From positions 310,001 to 374,000 of the forward strand of contig JBECUI020000024.1 in NCBI GenBank assembly GCA_040954595.2: 64,000 nt of DNA, in the 5' to 3' direction. The stretch comes from Balanoglossus misakiensis (lineage: Eukaryota > Animalia > Hemichordata). A model generated the notes under the pieces. That model was not told the origin of the DNA and ran no database searches. It was given only the letters and a program-made list of their open reading frames with translations. Below are positions 10,868-21,500 of this stretch, in pieces; positions within the stretch are counted from its first letter, which is position 1; each line of letters opens with the position of its first letter. Position numbers and translations under genes: made by a program.

Positions 10868-11975
10868 TCATCAACTCAGATTTCCTACAGCATAAGTCGG
10901 CTAAAACACTGACACTCTAGAGCAGAAACAGTTGCACACTGTTAACGTTGAACAAGTCGATTTTTCTACTGCCTGGCTCGGCTAAATCTCCGTCACAATA
11001 TGACAGACACTAGCGTACGTTAGCAACGGTGATCAAGTCAGATTTTCTACGGCATGGCTTGGATAAAGCCCCGGCACTCTAGAGCAGAAACACGCGTACA
11101 GAGAGCACGTTGATCAAGTCTGATCTCCTACGGCTTGGCTCGACTAAAACCCCGGCACACTATGACAGACACTAGCGTTAGTAAGCAACGTTGATCAAGT
11201 CATATTTCCTACGGCATGGCTTGGCTAAAGCCCTGGCACTATAGACCAGAAACACGCGTACAGAGACCACGATGATCTACTCACATTTCCTTCGGCCTGG
11301 CACGGCTGATGCCCCGGCACTACATATAGGACACAGACTGGCGTAAGTTAACAACGGTAATCACGTCGGGTTTCCTACGGCCTGGCTCAGCTGAAGCCCC
11401 GGCACTCTAGAGCAGAAACAGGCGTACATTGACCACGTTGATCAAGTCAGATTTCCTACGGCGTGACTCGGCTGGTGCACCGGCTCTATATGACACAGAC
11501 TGGCGTAAGTTATCAACGGTGATTACGTCGGATTTCCTACGGCCTGGTTTAGCTGAAGCCCCTGCACTCTAGAGCAGAAACAGGCGTACATTGACCACGT
11601 TGATCAAGTCAGATTTCCTACGGCGTGACTCGGCTGGTGCACCGGCTCTATATGACACAGACTGGCGGAAGTTATCAACGGTGATTACGTCGGATTTCCT
11701 ACGGCCTGGTTTAGCTGAAGCCCCGGCACTTTAGAGCGGAAACACGCGTACATTGACCACGATGATCAAGTCAGATCTCCTACGGCCTGGCTCGACTAAA
11801 ACCCCGGCACACCATGACAGACACTAGCGTTCGTTAGCAACGTTGATCAAGTCGGAATTCCTTAGGCCTGGCTCTGCAAAAGACCCGACACTCTAGAGCA
11901 GAAACACGCGTACAGAGACCACGTTGATCTACTCGGATTTCCTTCGGCCTGGCTCTGCAAAAGACCCGACACTCT
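10868..11975 (+). repeat. ~80-bp subrepeat block in unit 3 (about 14 copies)
   Basis: Same core, with a different order of linker variants from unit 1. Confidence 0.82.
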
Positions 11976-12838
11976 AGTACAAAGACGTTGGCTAAGTCGG
12001 GCAAACCGAAGAGGGAAAGTCACAGCGGGTCAACACTCGACATTTGTTCGGGTAGGACTGCATTATTGCCTGTCAATTTATAGAGAGAGCCCGAATTTAA
12101 CCAGGGCGTTTCAAACACCGACGTTAGTTGGGGGCACGGCCTGCAGTACTGCCGGGTAAGCTGACATCGGCGTACCGCATATAATGTAGGGGGGGGGGAC
12201 GGAACGGTTCAATACTACATTTATTAGATATCAGCTAATTTTGGACAATCATCTAAAATCTAAATCATTTTTTCATATTTGGATATCTGATGATGTATGA
12301 AATTTCCATTATATGTAAAAAATGGTGCTGATTATAAAAAATGCACTCTGAATGAGCTGATTTAATACAAAATTGCGTTTTATTCGTTTTTGCACCAAAA
12401 AGGTCATTTTTAGGGAAAACATTCTTTATTTTTTTAATTCGGTGACCTGATCATATATAAACAATTGCTTGTATGTTAAAAGTTTTGATGACTTTTAAAA
12501 GCAGTGACACTGGCGGCATTCAACACGAAAATAACAATTTTAGCCACAATTTGGTCAAAATGGTAAATTTTTGAAAATTACAAAAAATACCTGTTTTCTA
12601 CATTTTCGGAAATCTGATGGAGTATAGAATGCTCTTCGTATGTATATATCGATACAAATTCCACAAAATACAGTCTAATTTGGCTCACTGCAGACGAAAT
12701 TGCGTTTTACCAAATTTTCCTTGAAAATGTCATTTTTAGAAAAAAAATAAAAAAACCTTTGTTCTTCGAATTTGGTGCCCTGATCATATATGACATGTTG
12801 ATTGTATGTTAAAACTTTCGACCACTCCAAAAATGCAG

Positions 12839-12878
12839 CACTGCGGCCCAGAAGTGTGTTCATTTGTCCGCTATTCCG
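12839..12878 (+). repeat. Left terminal inverted repeat (imperfect, bipartite)
   Basis: CACTGCGGCCCAGAAGTGTGTTCATTTGTCCGCTATTCCG. Confidence 0.8.
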
Positions 12879-12943
12879 CGAAGCGGAAATATGTTAATTG
12901 AGGTCATATGCTGGGGTCACGTTCCTAGCATCGTATATACAAA

Positions 12944-13564
12944 ATGGCGGCGTCCATGATCGATGTTTCTAAAACAGTGAAACGTAAGCTGCGTGAGGCC
13001 AAATTTCAGTTATTGAGGACAAATATCGACCGTTCCATCAACCTACATGATTGTTTTGATGATCTCGATGCTGCTGTTGATGTAACAGTTCGCAAACGTA
13101 GTGCAACGATGGTGGAGCTTGCGAAGATGCAGCAGATTCCGGTGTATCCTGTATTCGAACGGGAGATGTGTCACTGGCGCTCAACAATTATGCAGAGAAT
13201 GAAGCCATCACCCTCAGTGCGCAACCCATGGAAGTGCAGTTTTGGTAGGAATGTTCCTATGGAAGTTTTCGATGTATTTCGAAAGTGCGCTACCCGTAAT
13301 TCAATGGGAATTTATGATCGGGAAACTCCATGTATTGCTACCTTTCGATTTACCTGGATCAACAAAGTGAATTACGTGCTGGGTAGAGGTGTCAACTATG
13401 AAAACCAACAACTTCTGGTGAAGACAGTAAAGGGTAAGCGGGTGGAAGTTATCTGCACCGAAGATAAACCTATGATTGTCAGATACAGGAAATCAGCCGA
13501 GACAGTGACAATACATTTCCATTTTGGATGCTGGAACAAACATGGTGTTGCTCAGCATTTGTGA
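12944..13564 (+). CDS. Orphan 206-aa protein, second gene of the RAG1/Transib-like transposon
   Basis: Intact ATG-to-TGA ORF in a good initiation context (AAAATGGCG), 105 bp from the left end, with ATTAAA at 13672. No family recognised; not kelch/PHD (RAG2)-like. Confidence 0.7.
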   Translation: MAASMIDVSKTVKRKLREAKFQLLRTNIDRSINLHDCFDDLDAAVDVTVRKRSATMVELAKMQQIPVYPVFEREMCHWRSTIMQRMKPSPSVRNPWKCSFGRNVPMEVFDVFRKCATRNSMGIYDRETPCIATFRFTWINKVNYVLGRGVNYENQQLLVKTVKGKRVEVICTEDKPMIVRYRKSAETVTIHFHFGCWNKHGVAQHL

Positions 13565-13984
13565 AATCATATTTAGACTGTTGTTGAAATTTTTTTTCAT
13601 GTTCTTGGAACTGACTATATTACTTTTTGTCAGTCCATTTGAATTCATGCATCGTTGCATGTCCAAGCAAAATTAAAAAAGAAAAACATGTTTTATAGGA
13701 ACTGAATAGCTGTGGGTGAATCATTTATCATTCAGTTTTTATTCACTTATTTTGAAACATGGTTATCTACAGAGCTGATATAAGCAGCTAGTTTCAAAGG
13801 ATGATTAAAAAGCTATATACATATTTTGAACAATACAATACAAGCAGCACAAAATCTGTGACATTCATAATGAAAGATTATTTACAACAAACTCTCTTAC
13901 AGTTATATACAAATCTAAAACTATCTGGTACATTTCATGTACAGTAATAATTGTTTTGAATCATGAAATTCAAACTTTCACATT

Positions 13985-16184
13985 TTATTTCATTATTTTT
14001 TTTAGTTTTTTTGAGATCTTACCACTAATTGCAGACTGTTTTATTTCTGACATAAATTCACTGCTGCATATTTCACAGGAATTTGACAACTCTTCCTTTA
14101 CATTCCCACAATAACAGTATGATGGGTCATCAAAGCATTTGTCTGGGATGTACTTTATTACTTTGGAGGCATTTGACCTCCCATCCCCCCTGTAGTTATC
14201 TGAAGCGGGGTCTCGCATGCGTAACCAGTACAACAATACATACTCATGTCTGAAAATTAGTGGCCATCTATTTTGAGGGGTGGAATTATTGCTGTATTCC
14301 AGAAGGCGCTGATATTTTGCCTCCCTGCCCTCCATTGTATTAAGCCCAAGCCCCATTTGGAACTGCTGGTGGATTTGAGATGCATGACACGGAACAACAT
14401 ATCCTATATGCCAAATAGTATTGTTTACGGTCAGAAATAACGCATGCAAATTGAAGTACCATTTGCACTTCTGCCTTAGTACTACAATATCTCTCTCATG
14501 TAGGGTAAACCTGGAACAGAGAGATGTTATATCTCTGAGTAGGACACCAATGTAACCATACAGGGACAATTTCGCTCTCACCTGTGCACTGATACCGGGT
14601 TCCCTAAAACACTCTATCAGTGACATAAAAGACCATGCCAACTTCCTTGATTCTTCCCCTGTAAAGCGGTGAACTCTCACTGATTGGGCATGGGTACTAA
14701 CCTTATTCTCAGCAAAATATTTGACAATTTGATTGTATAGTTTCGCTGCTCTCACTGTATATTTTAGTGTATGCAGGAATTTGTACAGGCATGAATTTGG
14801 TGGTAGCTTTTCTAATTTCACACCATGGTCAATGACTTTTTGGTCAGTCTTAGCCACAGCATCAGTAAGAAGCCTTTGAAAGAAATACTGCCAGGCATTG
14901 TTTTTTAGATGTAGGGGTTCTATCTTGGCACACTGTATATACTTACCCAGGGGTGGAATATATTCCTGTCGGGATTTTCTGGAGGCAATGAAACGTGTGA
15001 CCTTAGAGCGATCTGTCAATGTTTCAGGCTTACCTGTTTTCTTTGTCAAATTTGCTTTGAATTTTGCCACTGCTTATAGCTCCACTCTGACCAAAATTTC
15101 CCTGGCCCTATATCTGCCCCTATTTCATCTATGCTACCTTTTGTTACATTAGCAAAGGAACTGAAATACTCAGCAGCATTAGATAACTCACCAGAAACTG
15201 AGGCTAATCCCTTTTGATCAAATGGCAGCAAAGATACATTAAACTTTACACTCAGGCCATGTAAAGTGTATTGTTTGGCCTCTATGATCTCAAACTCTTT
15301 GGCTAGGTTTTTAGCATAATCTATCAGGACTGGGTCATCTTCCTTCAGATTAGCCCCTAGCAACAAGAAATTATCATCAGGGCTTGCTAATCTGTGGCCC
15401 ACATTGATGAAACTGACAAGCCAGGAAGTTGCCTGACCATATTTTCCAAAAGGAGCCCCATCAGCACCAACAGCAAGTTGGAAAGTGCCCTTCGGTTTGC
15501 CAAACCAATTTAGGATGTTAGGGTAGTGCTCACTCAAGCAAAGATACATGTCAGCAACTTTAAAGAGCATCTGCTCTGTATTTCGCTTCATACCTACTAC
15601 TTTGTTTGCATCTGTTACAATTGGTTCAAGACTTCCTATATCTAAACCACGTGTATATTCAGTGACCTTGTTGTAGGAAAGTAACCTTGGTATGTTACAC
15701 CTAAAGTGAAATTGCAACACTTTTCTAGGTTGTTTTAATTTAGACAGATTCAACTCACTATTACGTAAGGCATTGTATTTGCGTTTTGACAAAACCCCAT
15801 TCTGATACAACACTTGCACACTCCTAGTCAAATTACCTTCACTTTTCTCAAATTCAGATATTGATTTCTTTATCAAAGTTGGTATGACCAATTCATTTAT
15901 TTTCATTGATGATTGAAGGTACTTTTCCATTTGACGTGGAGTGGCACTGTTGATCAAAGTATACCATAGCCCATCAAGAGCTGATTTTGGTGGATTTGCA
16001 CTGACATGTCTCCCTGCAGATTTATCTGTTCCTGATGATGACTGGTGTATGACTGTAGCTGCATGAAGAGTCTGACTTCTGCGTTCATGTTGCTGACTTC
16101 TGGACAGTGTGAGGCATTCACTGTTATTAGCACAAACCTGGCTGCTTTTATGAACCCACTTCTGTTTCTTTGGGGATGTCAAAT
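13985..16184 (-). pseudogene. RAG1/Transib-like DDE transposase main exon, split by a frameshift near 15070
   Basis: ORFs 15046-16182 and 13985-15070 together give motifs in RAG1 core order: LSKRKYNALR (cf. LSCSQYHKMYR), GADGAP (first D, cf. SCDGMG), FDQK (second D, cf. YDEK), EPLHLK (cf. DALHCD), TIWHIGYVVPCH (cf. YFHKTLAHVP) and GLNTMEGREAK (E, cf. GAWASEGNESGNK). Splice acceptor TTGCAG precedes 16184; AATAAA on the minus strand at 13738-13743. Confidence 0.78.
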
Positions 16185-16223
16185 CTGCAATATTTAATAA
16201 ATGAATACAAAACAGATTTTCAT

Positions 16224-16795
16224 TGTCATGCCAAGGTCAAACAGGTAGGCAATGTCACATGAGCAAGCAATACACATGAATGGAAACCCCAGTGTCATGC
16301 CAAGGTCAAACATGGAGGCCATGTCACATGAGCAAGCAATACACATGAATGGAAACCCCAGTGTCATGCCAAGGTCAAACAGAGAGAGAATATCACATGA
16401 TCAAGCAATACACATGAATGGAAATCCCAGTGTCATGCCAAGGTCAAACATGGAGGCCATGTCACATGAGCAAGCAATACACATAAATGGAAACCCCAGT
16501 GTCATGCCAAGGTCAAACATGGAGGCCATGTCACATGAGCAAGCAATACACATAAATGGAAACCCACGTGTCATGCCAAGGTCAAACATGGAGGCCATGT
16601 CACATGAGCAAGCAATACACATGAATGGAAACCCCAGTGTCATGCCAAGGTCAAACAGAGAGAGAATATCACATGATCAAGCAATACACATGAATGGAAA
16701 TCCCAGTGTCATGCCAAGGTCAAACAGAGAGGCAATGTCACATGAGCAAGCAATATGCATAAATGGAAACCCCAGTGTTATGCCAAGGTCAAGCA
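16224..16795. repeat. 69-bp minisatellite (about 8 copies) in the putative transposase intron
   Basis: TGTCATGCCAAGGTCAAAC...AAACCCCAG has period 69 (e.g. 16252 and 16321). Confidence 0.92.
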
Positions 16796-17019
16796 GGGAG
16801 GTGTTTCAAAGCTGTAGTTCAGAATTTAGAAAACAAACACACATAAAATCATATCATATACATTAAACCAAGGTCAAAATGTTTTATGATTCACTTAGTT
16901 GTAATATAATTTAAAGTATACAAACTTTAATTTGGTGGATATTTTCCTATTCTGCTTGTAATCATAAATCTTGTGAAAATCTGAAATGAAGCTAAATTCC
17001 TTCTATATAATTACCTTAC

Positions 17020-17370
17020 CTCCTGATTAAGCTTAACCCTATTTCCAGCTAATCTCCTTTGCTTCTTTGCTAGCCTGTTTAGTTGCTTACTGGCCCTGTC
17101 GACTAGTCTCCTCTTTGCATCTAATTTCTGCATTTTCTCTCTGTACTGAGCTACCTCTTCCTCACGTCTACGCTTTCTCTCTCTTGCCCATGCCCCTAGC
17201 TTGTATCTATTCTCTGACTTGCTCTTAACCTTTTCTGGCAGTGTCTTTGCAGCTAACTCAGCATCTAACAGCTGTTGAAGTTGTATGTCTCTAGCTATTT
17301 CTCTGGCTTTTTTTTGTTGGACTGCATACTGCCCGATGTCAAAATGGTTTGTCCTTTTCCTGTTAGGCAT
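17020..17370 (-). CDS. Probable upstream exon of the transposase gene (basic, coiled-coil-like N-terminus)
   Basis: 117 K/R/E-rich codons ending at CAGGAG|GTAAGG. An acceptor (TTTAG) precedes 17425, and a donor GTAAGT lies near the right TIR (~23401-23406). Direct splicing to 16184 is not in phase, so the joining is unresolved. Confidence 0.5.
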
Positions 17371-18134
17371 GATTTGAGTTATATCCAGAGCACAGCTGGG
17401 ATGGAGTTACACAATGGAGCATTTCCTAAATGTGAATAAATGTGAAAAGTTGTAGAAAACATAAAAGGTCATCTAGAAAGCTGTTTCAGTCAAACAGTTC
17501 CAAACAGACAGTATTTAATGACGCTACAGAAGACCTGATGATATAAAAGACTGTGTATTTTGCGAAGTACTGGCATACTGTTGCAAGTACCGGAACATTG
17601 ATTGAGTATAATCAGCTGCAATCTACGTATATTGCGCGTGGACGCAGTTCCTTCTGTGTGCGTCTGCTTTGCCTAAACGCTGTACGCGCGCGGCGTTCAA
17701 AGCGCTGTCGCAAGAACTCTCTCGTTCAAAATATTTACTCTTACATTTTAGAACGAAAATGATATATCAACATGTTATATAGATATCAAGGAACAATCTG
17801 CTCGTTTTGGTTTTTTAGGTTCACGCTTCAAACTCGAGAAATCTGCCGATATGTTTTGCCTGACGGTCGACATTTGCGTAGCTGTGCCATTGTAATCAAT
17901 GGTAGAGCGACGCGCAGGCAGAACGCGCCAAACTCGATGAATTTCTGCTTGGATCAATTTCTACATATGACCTTTTTGGGGATAGAAAATCAAAACACTG
18001 AGTTACAAACGTCTTAGGAACACTCTCATGGTTTTGAAATTTTGAATAATGCATAAAGATTTGATTTTTTCTGCCGTTTTTCTGTCTTGGTTGTGGTTGC
18101 TATGTTCTTTGTTTACATAGTTACCAATGATAGC

Positions 18135-18322
18135 TGTAATATCCAGACATATAACAAAATATACTTTCAGTATGGCCAGCTGCATTCTGTACATGCCAGG
18201 CGCGGTACGTTACCTGCCCATGCGCAGTAGTTGTGTTGTTGTTAATAAAGTTAACATGGCGAGATGTTAGAAGCCATACAACGGTGAATCAGTCTATTTG
18301 ATTCATAGTCGGGGACATTACA
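18135..18322 (+). repeat. 5' LTR
   Basis: TG...CA termini and AATAAA inside; matches 23074-23261. Confidence 0.95.
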
Positions 18323-18323
18323 A

Positions 18324-18336
18324 TGGCGACGAGGAT
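18324..18336 (+). other. Primer binding site, complementary to the 3' end of tRNA-Ser(GCU)
   Basis: TGGCGACGAGGAT lies one base after the 5' LTR. Confidence 0.75.
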
Positions 18337-18513
18337 CAAACGATCCACAGAACGCAAAGCAGAACAACCATAAATGCATGGTGAGTGACTCAAACCATTT
18401 CCCAGCGAGAGCCGACCCAGAAATTACACATCCGTAACCGCCAGATCTGCCGAACGTGAGTGTGACGTACATATAGTGTCGATCAGTGCTACGTGACTGA
18501 TAGAACTGACAAA

Positions 18514-21500
18514 ATGGCGGCACCCCCAGCAGCAATAACCGTGGTTACAGACACGAGAAACCTCAAATGCCAACCTTTTGTGCACACCGATGATCAGATC
18601 ACAACAGGCAAAGCTTGGGAGGAATGGTTGGAGGGCATCGAACGAGAATTTCGATATTTCAGAATAACAGAACCTACCGATAAGAAAGACGCCATGATAA
18701 TCTATGGAGGAAAAGAGATAGCGAGACTCGAGAAAAGTTTACCTGACCCCACAGAAGGAGCAAACGTCTATGAGAAGTTGAAAACGAAACTAAACGAGTA
18801 CTACACGCCAAAGAAGAATAAACACCACGCAAGGTATTTATTTCTCAAAATGACTCCGACAACAAATGAAAGCACTGTCGCATACGCAGCCAGATTGAGA
18901 GAAAAAGCCAACGAGTGTGAATTCGGCACGAGTTGTGAAGAGAGAATTCTGGAACATATCATCCAGACAATTGACAATTGCACCCTGATACAGAAAGCAA
19001 TAAACAAGAAATGGTCTCTTACTCAGTTACTGACTGAAGCAGCGCAAATGGAGGACACCTCACTACAAATGCGTGATATGAAACAGTCAGGTGAGAGAAG
19101 TGTCGCAAAAGTGAGACAATACAGACAAACCAAGAAACACGGAAAACCCGAGAAAAGAAAACAGACACCTGCACATGATGGTAAACAGTGTACATATTGT
19201 GGACTGACTGGAGTTCATAAAGAAGGACCGAACTGCCCTGCTTTTGGTAAACAATGCAGGAAATGCCAAAAGAGAAACCACTTCGCTTCTGTGTGTAGAG
19301 CAGATCCAGACAGAGGAAGTAAAGACACAGGGTATAGAAGCAGAAAGACACCTAGCAGTGCCCAAGAGAAAAGTGACTATAGAAAACAGCAGAGAAGAAT
19401 AAAGAAAACTTCAACAAAAGAGCAAGACAGCACTACAAGTTCAGATGACGACTATTTTGAACATGCAATCAAACACGTCAAAGGTATCAAAAGAGCACAT
19501 GAAACTTACACAGGAAAAACTGTCACAGTCAGAATAAATGATGTTGATGCACAGATGGAACCTGACACCGGAGCTGAGGTAAATGTCATGGATGAACATC
19601 AGTTCAAAGCATTACAACACAGATCCAGCGATGAGATCAAACTACGGGACAGTCACACAAAGCTAAACACTTTGCAAGATCGATTACCAGTGAAAGGCGA
19701 ATTCTCTACCATAGTGAGAAACAAAACCTGTGGAGTGAAAGCCAAGTTCATCGTAGTCAGAGGTAGGATAAATTCACCACCACTGCTGAGCAGAAATACA
19801 CTAACTGAACTGGGTATGATGCAAATAAAACCAGATGGATCGCTGACAGAGGTCAACAATCTACGAATAAAAGAAAATCAAGACATCAAAACAGTGAAGA
19901 GTGAAATACTGGACAAACAAGTGAAAGAGATAACAGAGAAATACGGAAATGTATTCCAGGGAATTGGAAGAATAAGAGATATGAAGAATGATAGAGAAAT
20001 TTATGCCAAGTTCAGCATGAAGCAAGAAGCAGTACCAGTAGCCCAGAAACCCAGACCTGTGGCATACTACCTGCAGAAACCACTAAAGAAATGGCTGGAG
20101 CACTGTATACAAGAAGAAATCTTTGAAGAAGTTCCACAAGGAGAACCAGTGACATGGTGTTCACCCCTTGTAGTACAACCAAAACCAAGATTCCATGAGA
20201 CCCCAAGGGAAAACCTAGAGCCACACATGATCAGAGCAAGTGTAGACTTGAGAGTACCAAACCAGTACATGGAGAGAAACAGAATCACCCAGAGCCCAAT
20301 AGTGGAAGATTTTGAGCACAAGTTCAACGACTGTGTGATATTCTCCAAGCTTGATATGAGGCAGGGATATCACCAACTCTTGCTAGATCCAGAATCTCGA
20401 GCAGTAGCAACTTTCAGCACACCATGGGGCAACATGAGGCCGAAACGACTGATCTTTGGAGCCAAGTCATCACAAGATTTGTTTGACGAGACAATATACA
20501 GAATATTTGGTGACATACTAAGATGTCTCAACCAGCGCGATGACATCCTCTTGGGAGGCCGTTCAGCAGAAGAACACAACAAAACACTAGAAACAGTCCT
20601 ACAGAGAGCACAGGATTTCGGGATCACATTCAACCTTGACAAATGCAAATTTGGAGTTGAGGAGATTGAATTCTACGGATACCGGTTCACGAAAGATGGA
20701 CTCAAGCCAACACCAGAGAAAGTCCGAGCTGTGAAAGAATGCAAAGCACCAAAATCCAAGGAGGCAGTGAGAAGCTTCCTGGGAATGATCGGATATCTCT
20801 CGAAGTTCATACCACGGTACACATCACTGACAGCACCCCTGAGAGAGCTTACTCACAAAGATGTCCATTTCAGATGGGGACAGAAGGAAAACGCAGCTTT
20901 CCAGAACCTCAAAGACAGTATCACAAATGAAGATACTATGGCTTACTTCAACCCATCGAAACCCATCACAGTAAGAGTAGAAGCTAGTTACCATGAAGGA
21001 CTGTCAGCAGGACTTTTCCAGCAGAGTGAGAAAGGCCTGAGACCAGTTCACTTCATCAGTCGCACTTTGACAAGCGCTGAGAGAAGATACAGCCAGACTG
21101 AGAAAGATGCTTTAGCAGTGAAATGGGCGAAGAACAGAGTCCGCATATATCTGTTGGGAGCACCCAGATTCAGAATCATCACAGCACATAAACCGCTCAT
21201 CCCAATGTTCAACAAAGCTACCATGAAACTACCACCCAGGATAGAGAAATGGGTAATGGAAATGCAAGATGTCGATTATGAGCTACTCTATGAGCCAGGC
21301 AAAGATGCTGCTGACCCACTGGATTTCTTGTCCAGACACCCACTACCTGAAACAGGAAGAGATGGTACAGAGAAAACAATCAAGAAAGTGATAGAAACAG
21401 AATATGCTGTTGTGCTAGACCGTATCAAAGAAGAAACGAAGAAAGACAGTCAACTACAGAAACTGAGCAGAGTCATACGAAGAGGCAACTGGGAGAAGCA

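Larger units (their letters stand above)
353..12838 (+). repeat. Tandem macro-repeat, 3 units of about 2.28, 1.89 and 2.30 kb after removing insertions
   Basis: The unit start A(G/A)AGATATTGACGGAATTCAAG recurs at 353, 3787 and 10541. Each unit has an AT-rich part (degenerate ~335-bp internal subrepeats), a GC-richer ~80-bp subrepeat block and a conserved unique block ending in a G-run. Units are highly similar by eye. Confidence 0.92.

Noticed and set aside
12944-13564. RAG2-like gene
   Set aside because: Too short, with no kelch GG/W repeats and no PHD Cys/His pattern.
16252-16866. 204-aa repetitive ORF
   Set aside because: It is a by-product of a stop-free 69-bp minisatellite, antisense within a putative intron.
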